From a virus: a stretch of 64,000 nucleotides of DNA. The translations under genes were made by a program, and so were the position numbers. Positions 25,620 through 34,319 of the stretch are shown one piece after another; position 1 is the stretch's first letter, and each line of letters opens with the position of its first letter. Below the pieces are notes generated by a model, which saw only the letters and a list, made by a program, of their open reading frames with translations, had not been told where the DNA came from and made no database searches. The stretch is from positions 32,001 to 96,000 of IMG/VR virus record IMGVR_UViG_3300044825_001821. One strand, written 5' to 3'.

Positions 25620-25653
25620 GGTATTTCTTATTTTGTTAATGGAGATTGTTATT

Positions 25654-26091
25654 ATGGCACGTACTAAATCTGGTGAACTTGCACCATATGTGAAACTTCT
25701 TGCGCTGTTGCAAGATGGCAATGTTGTTACGAAAGACGATATCGATGCCAAACTTGGCAAAGATATTCATGTGTATCGACTTTCGACTTATGTTTGGGAG
25801 ATTAAGTCTAAGACTCCTGGCGTAGTGAAAGTTATCAAAGACGGTAAGGCCGTATCTGGTTATCAGATTACGAACCCTGCTGAAGTAAAAACGTTTCTTG
25901 CTTCACAAACAGGTATCAGTAACTTTGTACCTGGCACAGGCAATGTTACACCTTCTAACAGCAAATTTGCAAACAAACCAGTGAAATCTCTTTCTTCACT
26001 GAAAGCAAAGCCTGCTAAAACTAAAGTAACAAAACCTACTAAGGTCGAAGCACCCGTGGTTGAGGATGAAGTAACTGAAATCACTGAATAA
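25654..26091 (+). CDS. putative winged-HTH DNA-binding protein with Lys-rich tail
   Basis: GGAG SD; helix pattern plus VIKDGK..SGYQI wing. Confidence 0.6.
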   Translation: MARTKSGELAPYVKLLALLQDGNVVTKDDIDAKLGKDIHVYRLSTYVWEIKSKTPGVVKVIKDGKAVSGYQITNPAEVKTFLASQTGISNFVPGTGNVTPSNSKFANKPVKSLSSLKAKPAKTKVTKPTKVEAPVVEDEVTEITE

Positions 26092-26192
26092 TCGGTTTCG
26101 GGGTGATAGCCGTCAGCAAGGCAATAGGCTCATCATTAAACGACAATGAATGTCGGGAGACATCCATGCGCCCCACTTTTATAAGGTGAACT

Positions 26193-26429
26193 ATGTCTAA
26201 ACTTAAAGAATGGTTTGTTGCCAAATATCTTGAGATTGAGGCACAAGCCATTAAATCTATTGATACTGCAAATTTCTATGGTAATCTATTTACTGAACGA
26301 CAGAAGCTTTACATAATCGCTACGTTCATGGCTCTTATGGCTATGGCGGGCGCACATGGCGCTGTACAGTTTATAGGTCTAATTTATATTATGAACAAAT
26401 TGACTCCCGAGGATAAAGATGAAAGCTAA
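26193..26429 (+). CDS. membrane protein
   Basis: AAGGTG SD, hydrophobic C-half. Confidence 0.65.
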   Translation: MSKLKEWFVAKYLEIEAQAIKSIDTANFYGNLFTERQKLYIIATFMALMAMAGAHGAVQFIGLIYIMNKLTPEDKDES

Positions 26430-26685
26430 GTTTCTTTTTCTTGTGCCTTTGCTTGCACTGACTGCTTGTGCTTCTACTACACGTGATCCTGTTCACAATC
26501 CGCAAGGTCTTACAAATGAAGATTTGATTAAAACTCAAATTGCAAAAATGGAAGCCATGCAGCGTGATATGGAACGCCGTGAACAGGAATTGAAGATGCA
26601 ACATATTAAAGAATTGCATCAAACACAAATGCAAAGCAAAGCACCACACACGATCAACACAAACTGTAAGTTTTTCTGTTTCTGA
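26419..26685 (+). CDS. putative lipoprotein
   Basis: signal peptide with LTAC lipobox. Confidence 0.65.
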   Translation: MKAKFLFLVPLLALTACASTTRDPVHNPQGLTNEDLIKTQIAKMEAMQRDMERREQELKMQHIKELHQTQMQSKAPHTINTNCKFFCF

Positions 26686-27227
26686 TGAATATCTTTTATC
26701 TAGATCACAATCCGAAAACGTGCGCCGAATACCACTGTGACAAACACGTGGTAAAAATGATTATTGAGTATGCACAACTCATGTCAACGGCGCATCGTAT
26801 TCTTGATGGTAAAGATTATTACGATTTGACTGCAAATGGTCGTAAAATCAAACGCTGGCTGTTGCCAGATGAACGTGAAGATGCATTGATGAAAGCATCA
26901 CATGTTAGTCACCCATCAAATGTTTGGGCACGACAGAATGATAGTAACTACATATGGCTGTATCAAATGTGGCTTGCATTGTGTAAAGAATATACACACC
27001 GTTACGGCAAAATACATTCTGTAGAAACACGATTGGTGTATGCATTACTTAGACTGCCGAACAATATAAGTGAAGGTGCCTTTACTGAACCTACACCAGC
27101 AATGCCAGATGAATGTAAAATAGTGAATGATTCGTTAGCATCATATCATAAATATTACAATGAAAAGAAAACACGGTTTGCACGATGGACAAAACGTCCT
27201 ATGCCAAACTGGTATTTACCTGCATAA
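26685..27227 (+). CDS. pyrimidine dimer DNA glycosylase/DenV-like protein
   Basis: MNIFYLD, HCDKHVVKMI.E.AQL.ST, HPS..W, EY..RYGK.H, AMPD. Confidence 0.8.
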   Translation: MNIFYLDHNPKTCAEYHCDKHVVKMIIEYAQLMSTAHRILDGKDYYDLTANGRKIKRWLLPDEREDALMKASHVSHPSNVWARQNDSNYIWLYQMWLALCKEYTHRYGKIHSVETRLVYALLRLPNNISEGAFTEPTPAMPDECKIVNDSLASYHKYYNEKKTRFARWTKRPMPNWYLPA

Positions 27228-27532
27228 TGCCAACATACGATTTTATAAACACTGAAACGGGTGAGATATTCTCCAGACTGATGAAGATATCAGAGTATGG
27301 AGAATATCTCAAAGAAAATCCACACATCGAACTCATTCATTTGGGTGCTGCCGCCACCGTAGGCGGCGTATCTATCAAAGACAAAGTACCAGACGGTTTC
27401 AAAGAAGTTCTGGCAAAAGTTTCCGAGAATCACAAACAATCTTCTGTGGCTAATCGTCACGGCAAAAAGGGCATTAAAGAATCACAAACACAAAGAATTG
27501 TTGACAAGCATTTAGGAAAATTTGGGCAGTAA
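27227..27532 (+). CDS. FmdB-like conserved phage protein
   Basis: MPTYDF.N.ETGE, K.PDGFKEVL. Confidence 0.7.
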   Translation: MPTYDFINTETGEIFSRLMKISEYGEYLKENPHIELIHLGAAATVGGVSIKDKVPDGFKEVLAKVSENHKQSSVANRHGKKGIKESQTQRIVDKHLGKFGQ

Positions 27533-27744
27533 ATATATTATGCGAACCTTTACTCAGGAGCGTATATGACTAAAAAATCTTTGCAGAAAAGAGTAGCACT
27601 ACTGAATGAATACATCACAAGAGAAATAGAAAAAGAAATGTCAAATGAAATCACACAGATGGAAAGAGACAACACTGCAAAGATAGAAAAGAAGTATCCA
27701 AGACAAAATTATCCATATCATAGTCGAAGTCACTACATTACATA

Positions 27745-28410
27745 ATGCGAATATTTGAACATGTAAAGTTACCGCAACTACAATTTGATCTGAATGCTGA
27801 AACTACCGATAGTGGTAGACTTTATACTACGCCAGAAGGCAACAAGTATAAGTCTATCACTACGGTGCTTTCTAATTACAACAAGCAATACATTATGGAA
27901 TGGCGTAAGGCTGTTGGTGAAGAGCAAGCAAATAAAATATCAAGCAAGGCAGCAAATCGTGGTACAAAAGTACACAAAATATGTGAAGATTATCTGAACA
28001 ATGAAATACCAGAACTGAAGATGCAGATGATGATGCCTGATCTGAAGGAATTATTCTTCAAGATCAAGCCTTACATTGATGAGAATGTCGGCAAGATTTA
28101 CTCACAAGAGCAAGCACTTTACTCCGACAAATATCGTATTGCTGGCCGGGTAGACTTAATTGCCGAGTGGAATGGTAAGTTGTCGGTTATTGACTTCAAA
28201 ACTTCCACGAAGCAAAAAGACGAAGAGGATATTCAGAATTACTTTATGCAGTGTACAGCATATGCACTGATGTTTGCTGAACGAACTGGTATGTGGATTG
28301 ATGATATTGTGGTGCTGATTGCTACTGAAGAAGGTCCGGCGCAGGTCTTTGAGCGCCAGATTCATGATTATCGTGTGCCTCTATTAGAGTATATTGATAA
28401 ATATGCCTGA
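27745..28410 (+). CDS. PD-(D/E)XK exonuclease
   Basis: SITTVL, RGT.VH, AGRVD, IDFKTS, YF.Q..AYA. Confidence 0.88.
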   Translation: MRIFEHVKLPQLQFDLNAETTDSGRLYTTPEGNKYKSITTVLSNYNKQYIMEWRKAVGEEQANKISSKAANRGTKVHKICEDYLNNEIPELKMQMMMPDLKELFFKIKPYIDENVGKIYSQEQALYSDKYRIAGRVDLIAEWNGKLSVIDFKTSTKQKDEEDIQNYFMQCTAYALMFAERTGMWIDDIVVLIATEEGPAQVFERQIHDYRVPLLEYIDKYA

Positions 28411-28425
28411 CACATTGGAGGTACT

Positions 28426-28956
28426 ATGCTATCATTCAAACAACACGTACAATTAGATGAGGGCAATCCACTTGCAAGGCTGGCTAAACATGCTGAAGAA
28501 GGTAGGCACTATGCTGTTATTTCCTCACAACGACCACATGATGAAGTATCGGCAGAAGATAATAAGAAGCATCATGAAGAACTTAAAAAGAAACTGACTG
28601 CACAGGGATATACTCATAAAGAAGTAGAAGGACATTGGGAAGGTGGAAAAGAAAAATCAATACTCGTACATGCGAAAGGCAAAGGCGAAGAGCACGGCAA
28701 ACAGTTGCTCCATGATATTAAAAAACATGGAGAACATTATAATCAAGACTCAATCTTACATCATGATGGAAAAACAGCGACATTGCATGGAACAAACAAA
28801 ACTGGATTCCCAGGACACGGCAAGACTGAAAACGTAGGTAAGATGGCTTATAACAAAGCACATGCACCATTTCAAACAGAGATGAAACCGAAGTCAGACA
28901 AGCCGTTAAAGCCTGGTAGAACAAGCAAGAGTTCTGCAAGATTTACAACGGAGTGA
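28426..28956 (+). CDS. hypothetical protein (E.S..V, YNQDSIL)
   Basis: GGAGG SD; MLSFKQ..LDE N-terminus resembles cleaved head-internal proteins. Confidence 0.75.
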   Translation: MLSFKQHVQLDEGNPLARLAKHAEEGRHYAVISSQRPHDEVSAEDNKKHHEELKKKLTAQGYTHKEVEGHWEGGKEKSILVHAKGKGEEHGKQLLHDIKKHGEHYNQDSILHHDGKTATLHGTNKTGFPGHGKTENVGKMAYNKAHAPFQTEMKPKSDKPLKPGRTSKSSARFTTE

Positions 28957-29123
28957 TGATGCAAATTAGTGAAACAGAATATGATCAAAAACTTGAACAG
29001 TATTTGAAAGAGCAAGGACCAAATCCCGGTACCACATTTTTTGGTGCTTGGGGTTGGTATGCATCAAAGAAGAATCAGTTTGAGAAACAAATGCAGCAGG
29101 AAGGAATTGTTGTAATCCCTTCA

Positions 29124-29412
29124 AAGTGAAGGCATTCTGGACGGCGGTTCGATTCCGCCCATCTCCACCAAAAGCATCTTGATGGCTATAAGGTTGTAGA
29201 TTTGATCACCTACAATACGCTGTGTGATGGGTGCTTTTGATGGGGATGATCTGGTTTCGACAGGGTGAGATAGTGGAGAAGGCAACACGAAAGGCGACGG
29301 ACGTAATCCGAGCAAAATAAGTAATCGCAAATGACGACTACTACGCTCTAGCAGCCTAAAAATTGTTAGATGGGGTTTAAGTGGGTTGTACCTTATTACC
29401 AAAACAGCCCAC
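29124..29412 (+). ncRNA. ssrA: circularly permuted (two-piece) tmRNA, tag ANDDYYALAA
   Basis: 3' acceptor half GGACGGCGGTTCGATTCCGCCCATCTCCACCA (ends 29170) precedes 5' half GGGGATGATCTGGTTTCGAC (starts 29242); tag ORF 29327-29359; outer ends approximate. Confidence 0.92.
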
Positions 29413-29432
29413 ATCAAATTCAGAGATATATC

Positions 29433-30143
29433 ATGCGTGTACATATTGGTCCTTATACAAACTGGTTTGGTCCTTATCAATTAGCAGAACTGCTTTGCTT
29501 TTGGGTAAAAAAAGTTCCTGATGAGCATGGCTTCAAACGACATCCAGATTGGGTTCATGATTTTGGTACTTGGCTGTCTGAAGATAAAAATGGCAAATCA
29601 TCTTGGCTAACTAAGTTTTGTTGGTGGGTTGATGGTCACAAGAAACGCAAAATCAAAGTACACATTGACAAGTACGATACATGGTCAATGGATCACACAT
29701 TGGCTCACATTATTTTGCCGATGTTGAAACAACTGCGTGATACCAAACATGGTTCACCACTAGTCGAACTTGAAGATTTGCCAGAAGAACTATGCATGAC
29801 GGGATATGATGACGGTTCATCACAATTCAGATTGAAGTTTGAAGATGATGAACAATATGAAAAAGAATCTTGGGATATTACACATCGTCGTTGGGAATGG
29901 GTATTGAATGAAATGATTTTTGCGTTCGAACATCTGCTTGATGATTCGTGGGAAGAAGCATATCGTTCTGGTCACATTGATATGCAGTTTGTGCCATGTG
30001 AAGATAACCCGAAACTATCACACATGGTAGATGGACCCAATCACACATACCAATGTGATTATGATGGTATGAATAAAGTATATGATCGCATGGATAACGG
30101 TTTTCGTTTGTTTGGAAAATATTACAGAGGACTTTGGGACTAA
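29433..30143 (+). CDS. conserved phage hypothetical protein (DTWSMDHTLA, GF.LFGKYY..LWD)
   Basis: long ORF, ATG 29433. Confidence 0.8.
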   Translation: MRVHIGPYTNWFGPYQLAELLCFWVKKVPDEHGFKRHPDWVHDFGTWLSEDKNGKSSWLTKFCWWVDGHKKRKIKVHIDKYDTWSMDHTLAHIILPMLKQLRDTKHGSPLVELEDLPEELCMTGYDDGSSQFRLKFEDDEQYEKESWDITHRRWEWVLNEMIFAFEHLLDDSWEEAYRSGHIDMQFVPCEDNPKLSHMVDGPNHTYQCDYDGMNKVYDRMDNGFRLFGKYYRGLWD

Positions 30144-30144
30144 C

Positions 30145-30309
30145 ATGAAGTCGGAAGATAAACAATCATTTGAAGATTGGTTTGATAAATTACCTAAAGA
30201 TATCTTTCTTGCACACAAAGAAAAGATGGAGTATGCTTGGCAAGAAGCGATAAGATATGAACAAAGTAAACCGGTGCGAACTTATCGTTGGGATGGAGTT
30301 CTCAGATAA
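30145..30309 (+). CDS. hypothetical protein
   Basis: ATG 30145. Confidence 0.6.
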   Translation: MKSEDKQSFEDWFDKLPKDIFLAHKEKMEYAWQEAIRYEQSKPVRTYRWDGVLR

Positions 30310-30371
30310 CTAAATAAGTATACTGGCATCACACACACAATCGCCAGTATAACACACACAGGAGTAAACAC

Positions 30372-30644
30372 ATGAGTAACTTAACACCGTTCGAGATTCG
30401 TCTTGAACTTCTTAAAATGGCCAAAGAACTTTTATTGGAAGATTTTGTTGCCAATAAAGAACGGCTAATCAATGAATGGCAAGTAAAGGTAGAGTCCGCT
30501 AAACTAAACGGACAAGCAATACCTGATCATCCAGCCTTTCCAACTTATCCCTCAGAAACAGAAATCATCAACAAGGCACAAGCTTTGAATGGATTCGTTT
30601 CAAATATTTCAGCAGAAAAGACACAGAGCAAAAAGTCTGCCTGA
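30372..30644 (+). CDS. conserved T4-like hypothetical protein (PFEIRLELLKMAK)
   Basis: AGGAG SD, late-promoter-like CTAAATA upstream. Confidence 0.85.
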   Translation: MSNLTPFEIRLELLKMAKELLLEDFVANKERLINEWQVKVESAKLNGQAIPDHPAFPTYPSETEIINKAQALNGFVSNISAEKTQSKKSA

Positions 30645-30690
30645 CGGGAACGAGGATGCTTGAGCATCCTCCTAACTTATAGGAGAAATA

Positions 30691-31242
30691 ATGCGTTACA
30701 TTACACTATTCATTTGTAGTATCTTTGCAGTATTTGTATTATACGTAGGTCATGCGGCAGCAAATATTCGTATACCAATTACACCACAAGTCGAATTACA
30801 AGACTTAACGCCATATGCACGTGCAGAGGTCGAGTGCCTTGCACAAAACATGTATTTTGAAGCAGGTTTGGAACCAAAATTAGGTCAACTTGCTGTAGCA
30901 TTTGTTACACACAACAGGGTGCAGTCGGGTGTTTTTCCAGATACCTATTGTGGCGTAGTCAAACAAAAAGTCGGTACTGTTTGTCAATTCTCATGGGTAT
31001 GTGAGAATCGTCCTAAAGATATGATGCGAAAAGGCCTCTTGACAATAGAGAGCAATTCGTTGTATAATAATATTACTGAGTTAGCGTTGGCGTTTTATCT
31101 TTATACTGAAAAGTTTAAAGACCCCACAAAAGGTGCTTTGTTCTTTCATGCTGACTACGTAAAACCGGGTTGGAATAATATGAGGTACACTGCACAAATC
31201 GGCAGACATTTATTCTACAATAAGGCAAAAAAGAGTTCATGA
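30691..31242 (+). CDS. cell wall hydrolase (SleB/Hydrolase_2)
   Basis: CLA.N.YFEA, V..NRV, CQFSW, GALFFHADYV.P.W, IG.H.FY. Confidence 0.9.
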   Translation: MRYITLFICSIFAVFVLYVGHAAANIRIPITPQVELQDLTPYARAEVECLAQNMYFEAGLEPKLGQLAVAFVTHNRVQSGVFPDTYCGVVKQKVGTVCQFSWVCENRPKDMMRKGLLTIESNSLYNNITELALAFYLYTEKFKDPTKGALFFHADYVKPGWNNMRYTAQIGRHLFYNKAKKSS

Positions 31243-31493
31243 GTATTTTATCAAACAAAAAGGAGAAGGTGATTATGGAAAAGGGATTGAGTAGTACAAC
31301 CACAATATCAATCACTGTGGTTTTACTTTCAATCGTTGTTGCGATATGTTGGTATGGTCTGAATGATCGAAGGCTTATGGCAGCAAATATTGAAAACGCT
31401 ATCGCAAAGGGAATCGATCCTCTAACGGTAAGATGTTCATATGCCAAGAGTGATGATATAGTTTGTATTGCACACGCTGCAAATCGTAAATAA
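31239..31493 (+). CDS. membrane protein (GIDPL.VRCSY)
   Basis: one TM segment. Confidence 0.7.
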   Translation: MSILSNKKEKVIMEKGLSSTTTISITVVLLSIVVAICWYGLNDRRLMAANIENAIAKGIDPLTVRCSYAKSDDIVCIAHAANRK

Positions 31494-31506
31494 AGGAGAT
31501 TATATA

Positions 31507-32031
31507 ATGAGTCATTATGACGATTACAATGAGAAACACAGTTTTACATTTCGATTTGATTCGAATGATGGAGAAGTTCATTTGGAAATGAGCGTCAATG
31601 AACTATACATTCAAGATGTTCTTGATCGATTTAGAGAATTTTTATTGGGGTGTGGTTATCAAGTTAATGGAGAAATTGATATTGTCGAATACAATTCTGA
31701 ACAAGATCATGATAGTGGTTATACTTTAACTGAGCCACCAAAACATGAGCCTAAGTTTGACTTCAGTAATGTACCAAACAACAATTGGCCATTTGGTTCA
31801 CTAAAACCTGAACCGATTCCTGCATTGACTACTGCTGACTTATCAGGAATCACTGTAACTGATTTGTCTACGTTGACAACTCATTCTTATGGTGATTGGT
31901 CTGGTGTCAACAAATATGCAACTATGGCACCTTTGACATCTGAGCAAATCTATTCTTGGTCAACTGAAATGCCAGGCACAATTGGTGGTGCTAAAGTTTC
32001 ACGTGGAAATTACGGTAACGATGCCTACTAA
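31507..32031 (+). CDS. hypothetical protein
   Basis: AAGGAG SD. Confidence 0.7.
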   Translation: MSHYDDYNEKHSFTFRFDSNDGEVHLEMSVNELYIQDVLDRFREFLLGCGYQVNGEIDIVEYNSEQDHDSGYTLTEPPKHEPKFDFSNVPNNNWPFGSLKPEPIPALTTADLSGITVTDLSTLTTHSYGDWSGVNKYATMAPLTSEQIYSWSTEMPGTIGGAKVSRGNYGNDAY

Positions 32032-32245
32032 AGATGAAATGCTGAAGTTTTCTTTACAGATTGAACGGTTGGTAGCCAATACAGATTACACATATCTTGA
32101 GGCTATCACCGAACACTGTAAAGAAACTGGTTTGGAGTTAGAGGTTGCTGCTTCACTCATCACACCAAATCTCAAATCAAAAATACATGAGCAAGCAGAG
32201 CGTTTGAATATGTTAAAAGTGAAAGGTAATCGTTTACCGATATGA
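32021..32245 (+). CDS. gp33: late transcription coactivator gp33
   Basis: FS..IE, YLEAI...C, LK.KI..QA..LN.L; position before gp59-gp32. Confidence 0.85.
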   Translation: MPTKDEMLKFSLQIERLVANTDYTYLEAITEHCKETGLELEVAASLITPNLKSKIHEQAERLNMLKVKGNRLPI

Positions 32246-32865
32246 CAGGTTATGAAGCATTTTGTTTATACACTTCTCTCAAACTTCATTTCAATTCCGA
32301 TTCTTACGATTACTTTAAGTATAATGGTAAGGTAAATACGAGTATTGATGCATTTGAGAACCGCAAGGACAAATATCATTTCTATAAACTGAGTCGGAGA
32401 TTTGCCAATGCTGACCAAGGCCGAGATTTTATTGTTGCTAATCTTGTGTATGATTCTAATGTTTGGATTGGACATTTATTAACAGAAGAATCCGATCTTG
32501 AGTATCGCAAACGTCAAAAATATGTTCAATCATTGACATACACATTCAACGGTGAAATTGATATTCTATTTCATGATGAACCTAAAGGCGCTAATGAATA
32601 TTTCATCGTGCATGATGGTGAGTATCCAAAATTATTGACACGACATTTACAGGGTGATATTTCTCTTGAAACGATGTGTATTCTAAACAAGATACTTAAC
32701 TTTCTACCACGATGGGATAAACAAATTACAGATACAATTCATTACCCTACAGTCAGTCGCACGATGAAAAAATATTCACCGTTCATGAAATACGATGTAA
32801 CAAAATACAAACTTTTATTGAGAAATGCATACGATCATTATGAAAATACAGAAAATATATCTTGA
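32242..32865 (+). CDS. gp59: helicase loader gp59
   Basis: Y.SLKLHF...YDYFKY.GK, F..RKDKY.F.KLS, ISLET. Confidence 0.9.
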   Translation: MTGYEAFCLYTSLKLHFNSDSYDYFKYNGKVNTSIDAFENRKDKYHFYKLSRRFANADQGRDFIVANLVYDSNVWIGHLLTEESDLEYRKRQKYVQSLTYTFNGEIDILFHDEPKGANEYFIVHDGEYPKLLTRHLQGDISLETMCILNKILNFLPRWDKQITDTIHYPTVSRTMKKYSPFMKYDVTKYKLLLRNAYDHYENTENIS

Positions 32866-33382
32866 TATGGACGGAGTTCTTTGTGACTTCTATAAAAGAT
32901 ACAAAGAAGTTTTCGATGTAGATTTACTAGCAAAACGTCCACATGGTGAAAAGATTACATTGGAGTGGAATCAATTTGTTGAAGGTAAACATTTTGAAAA
33001 TCTTGATTGGCATCCAGGTGGTAAAGAACTGTTGAAGTATATCATCTCACTTGATATACCTGTAGAGATTCTTTCATCTTCTGGTGGTCATAAACATCAT
33101 GAAGAAGTAAAGAAGCAGAAAAAGGTCTGGCTGAAAAGACATCACATTGACTTTACAGCCAATATCGTACCTGGTCGTAAATTAAAAGCTACCTATGCAA
33201 AACCAGATATCATTCTTATCGATGATACCAATGATGTGATTGATGATTTTAATATGGCAGGCGGCATAGGCATTCTTCACAAAGATACGGCTAAAACGAT
33301 AAAAATCGTGCAATCTATTCTTGACGACACATATATAAAAGTATATAATGAATCATGTGAACAAGATGCACATACAAACTAA
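32840..33382 (+). CDS. HAD-family 5'(3')-deoxyribonucleotidase
   Basis: YLDMDGVLCDF, ILIDD, AGGIGILH. Confidence 0.85.
   Translation: MKIQKIYLDMDGVLCDFYKRYKEVFDVDLLAKRPHGEKITLEWNQFVEGKHFENLDWHPGGKELLKYIISLDIPVEILSSSGGHKHHEEVKKQKKVWLKRHHIDFTANIVPGRKLKATYAKPDIILIDDTNDVIDDFNMAGGIGILHKDTAKTIKIVQSILDDTYIKVYNESCEQDAHTN
33321..33349 (+). promoter_or_regulatory. promoter for gp32
   Basis: TTGACG-17-TATAAT. Confidence 0.7.
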
Positions 33383-33406
33383 TACTAACTTATACGAGGT
33401 AATAAC

Positions 33407-34267
33407 ATGGCAGATTTTTCTTCTCTCAAACGCAATCGCAATTCGTTCGACAAACTAACGAAAGCGATTGAATCAATCAATACCCCCGCAGAAGGTTCCA
33501 AAGAAGATGATCGCTTCTGGCAACCAGAAGTAGATAAAGCAGGAAATGGTATGGCAGTTATTCGTTTTCTACCTGCACCAGCAGTAGATGGTGATGATGC
33601 ACTGCCTTGGGTACGAGTATTCAATCATGGCTTCCAAGGTCCCGGTGGCTGGTACATTGAGAACTCACTCACAACTCTTAATCAGAAAGACCCAGTATCA
33701 GAATACAACTCTGTGCTGTGGAACTCTGGTATTGAAGCAAACAAAGAAATTGCACGTAAGCAGAAACGCCGTTTGACATACATTGCAAATGTGTTGATTG
33801 TTTCTGATCCTAAGAATCCAGAAAACGAAGGCCAAATCAAACTGTACAAGTTCGGTAAGAAAATCTTTGATAAACTTACTGAAGCAATGAATCCACAGTT
33901 TGAAGATGAAAAGGCAATCAATCCTTTTGACTTCTGGGAAGGCGCAAACTTCAAAATCAAGATTCGTCAAGTTGAAGGTTATCGTAACTATGACAAGTCT
34001 GAGTTTGAAAAACCATCTGCGTTATCTGATGATGATGCTAAACTTGAAGAAATGTGGAAAAGAGAATACTCACTCAAAGAGTTTCTTGATCCTAAGCACT
34101 TCAAACCATATGATGTGTTGAAAGCAAAACTTGATAAGGTGTTGGGTCTTGATGGTGCAGCACCAGTTTCAAAGACTAAGGCAGTCGATGAAAACTTTGT
34201 ACCAAAAACTTCACCAGACCTTGATGATGAAGAACTTGATTATTTCAAGAGTTTAGCAGAAGATTAA
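33407..34267 (+). CDS. gp32: single-stranded DNA-binding protein gp32
   Basis: DDRFW, AVIRFLP, WYIENSLTT, YRNYDKSEF, acidic C-terminus. Confidence 0.95.
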   Translation: MADFSSLKRNRNSFDKLTKAIESINTPAEGSKEDDRFWQPEVDKAGNGMAVIRFLPAPAVDGDDALPWVRVFNHGFQGPGGWYIENSLTTLNQKDPVSEYNSVLWNSGIEANKEIARKQKRRLTYIANVLIVSDPKNPENEGQIKLYKFGKKIFDKLTEAMNPQFEDEKAINPFDFWEGANFKIKIRQVEGYRNYDKSEFEKPSALSDDDAKLEEMWKREYSLKEFLDPKHFKPYDVLKAKLDKVLGLDGAAPVSKTKAVDENFVPKTSPDLDDEELDYFKSLAED

Positions 34268-34292
34268 ATCCTCCTTTATCTTAATCAACTGC

Positions 34293-34319
34293 GGCGCCAC
34301 CTTCGGGTGGCGTTTTTTA
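34293..34319. terminator. intrinsic terminator with cUUCGg loop between convergent genes
   Basis: ggcgccacc-ttcg-ggtggcgtt tttt. Confidence 0.85.

Noticed and set aside
29121-29480. 119-aa minus-strand ORF
   Set aside because: Antisense shadow of the tmRNA.
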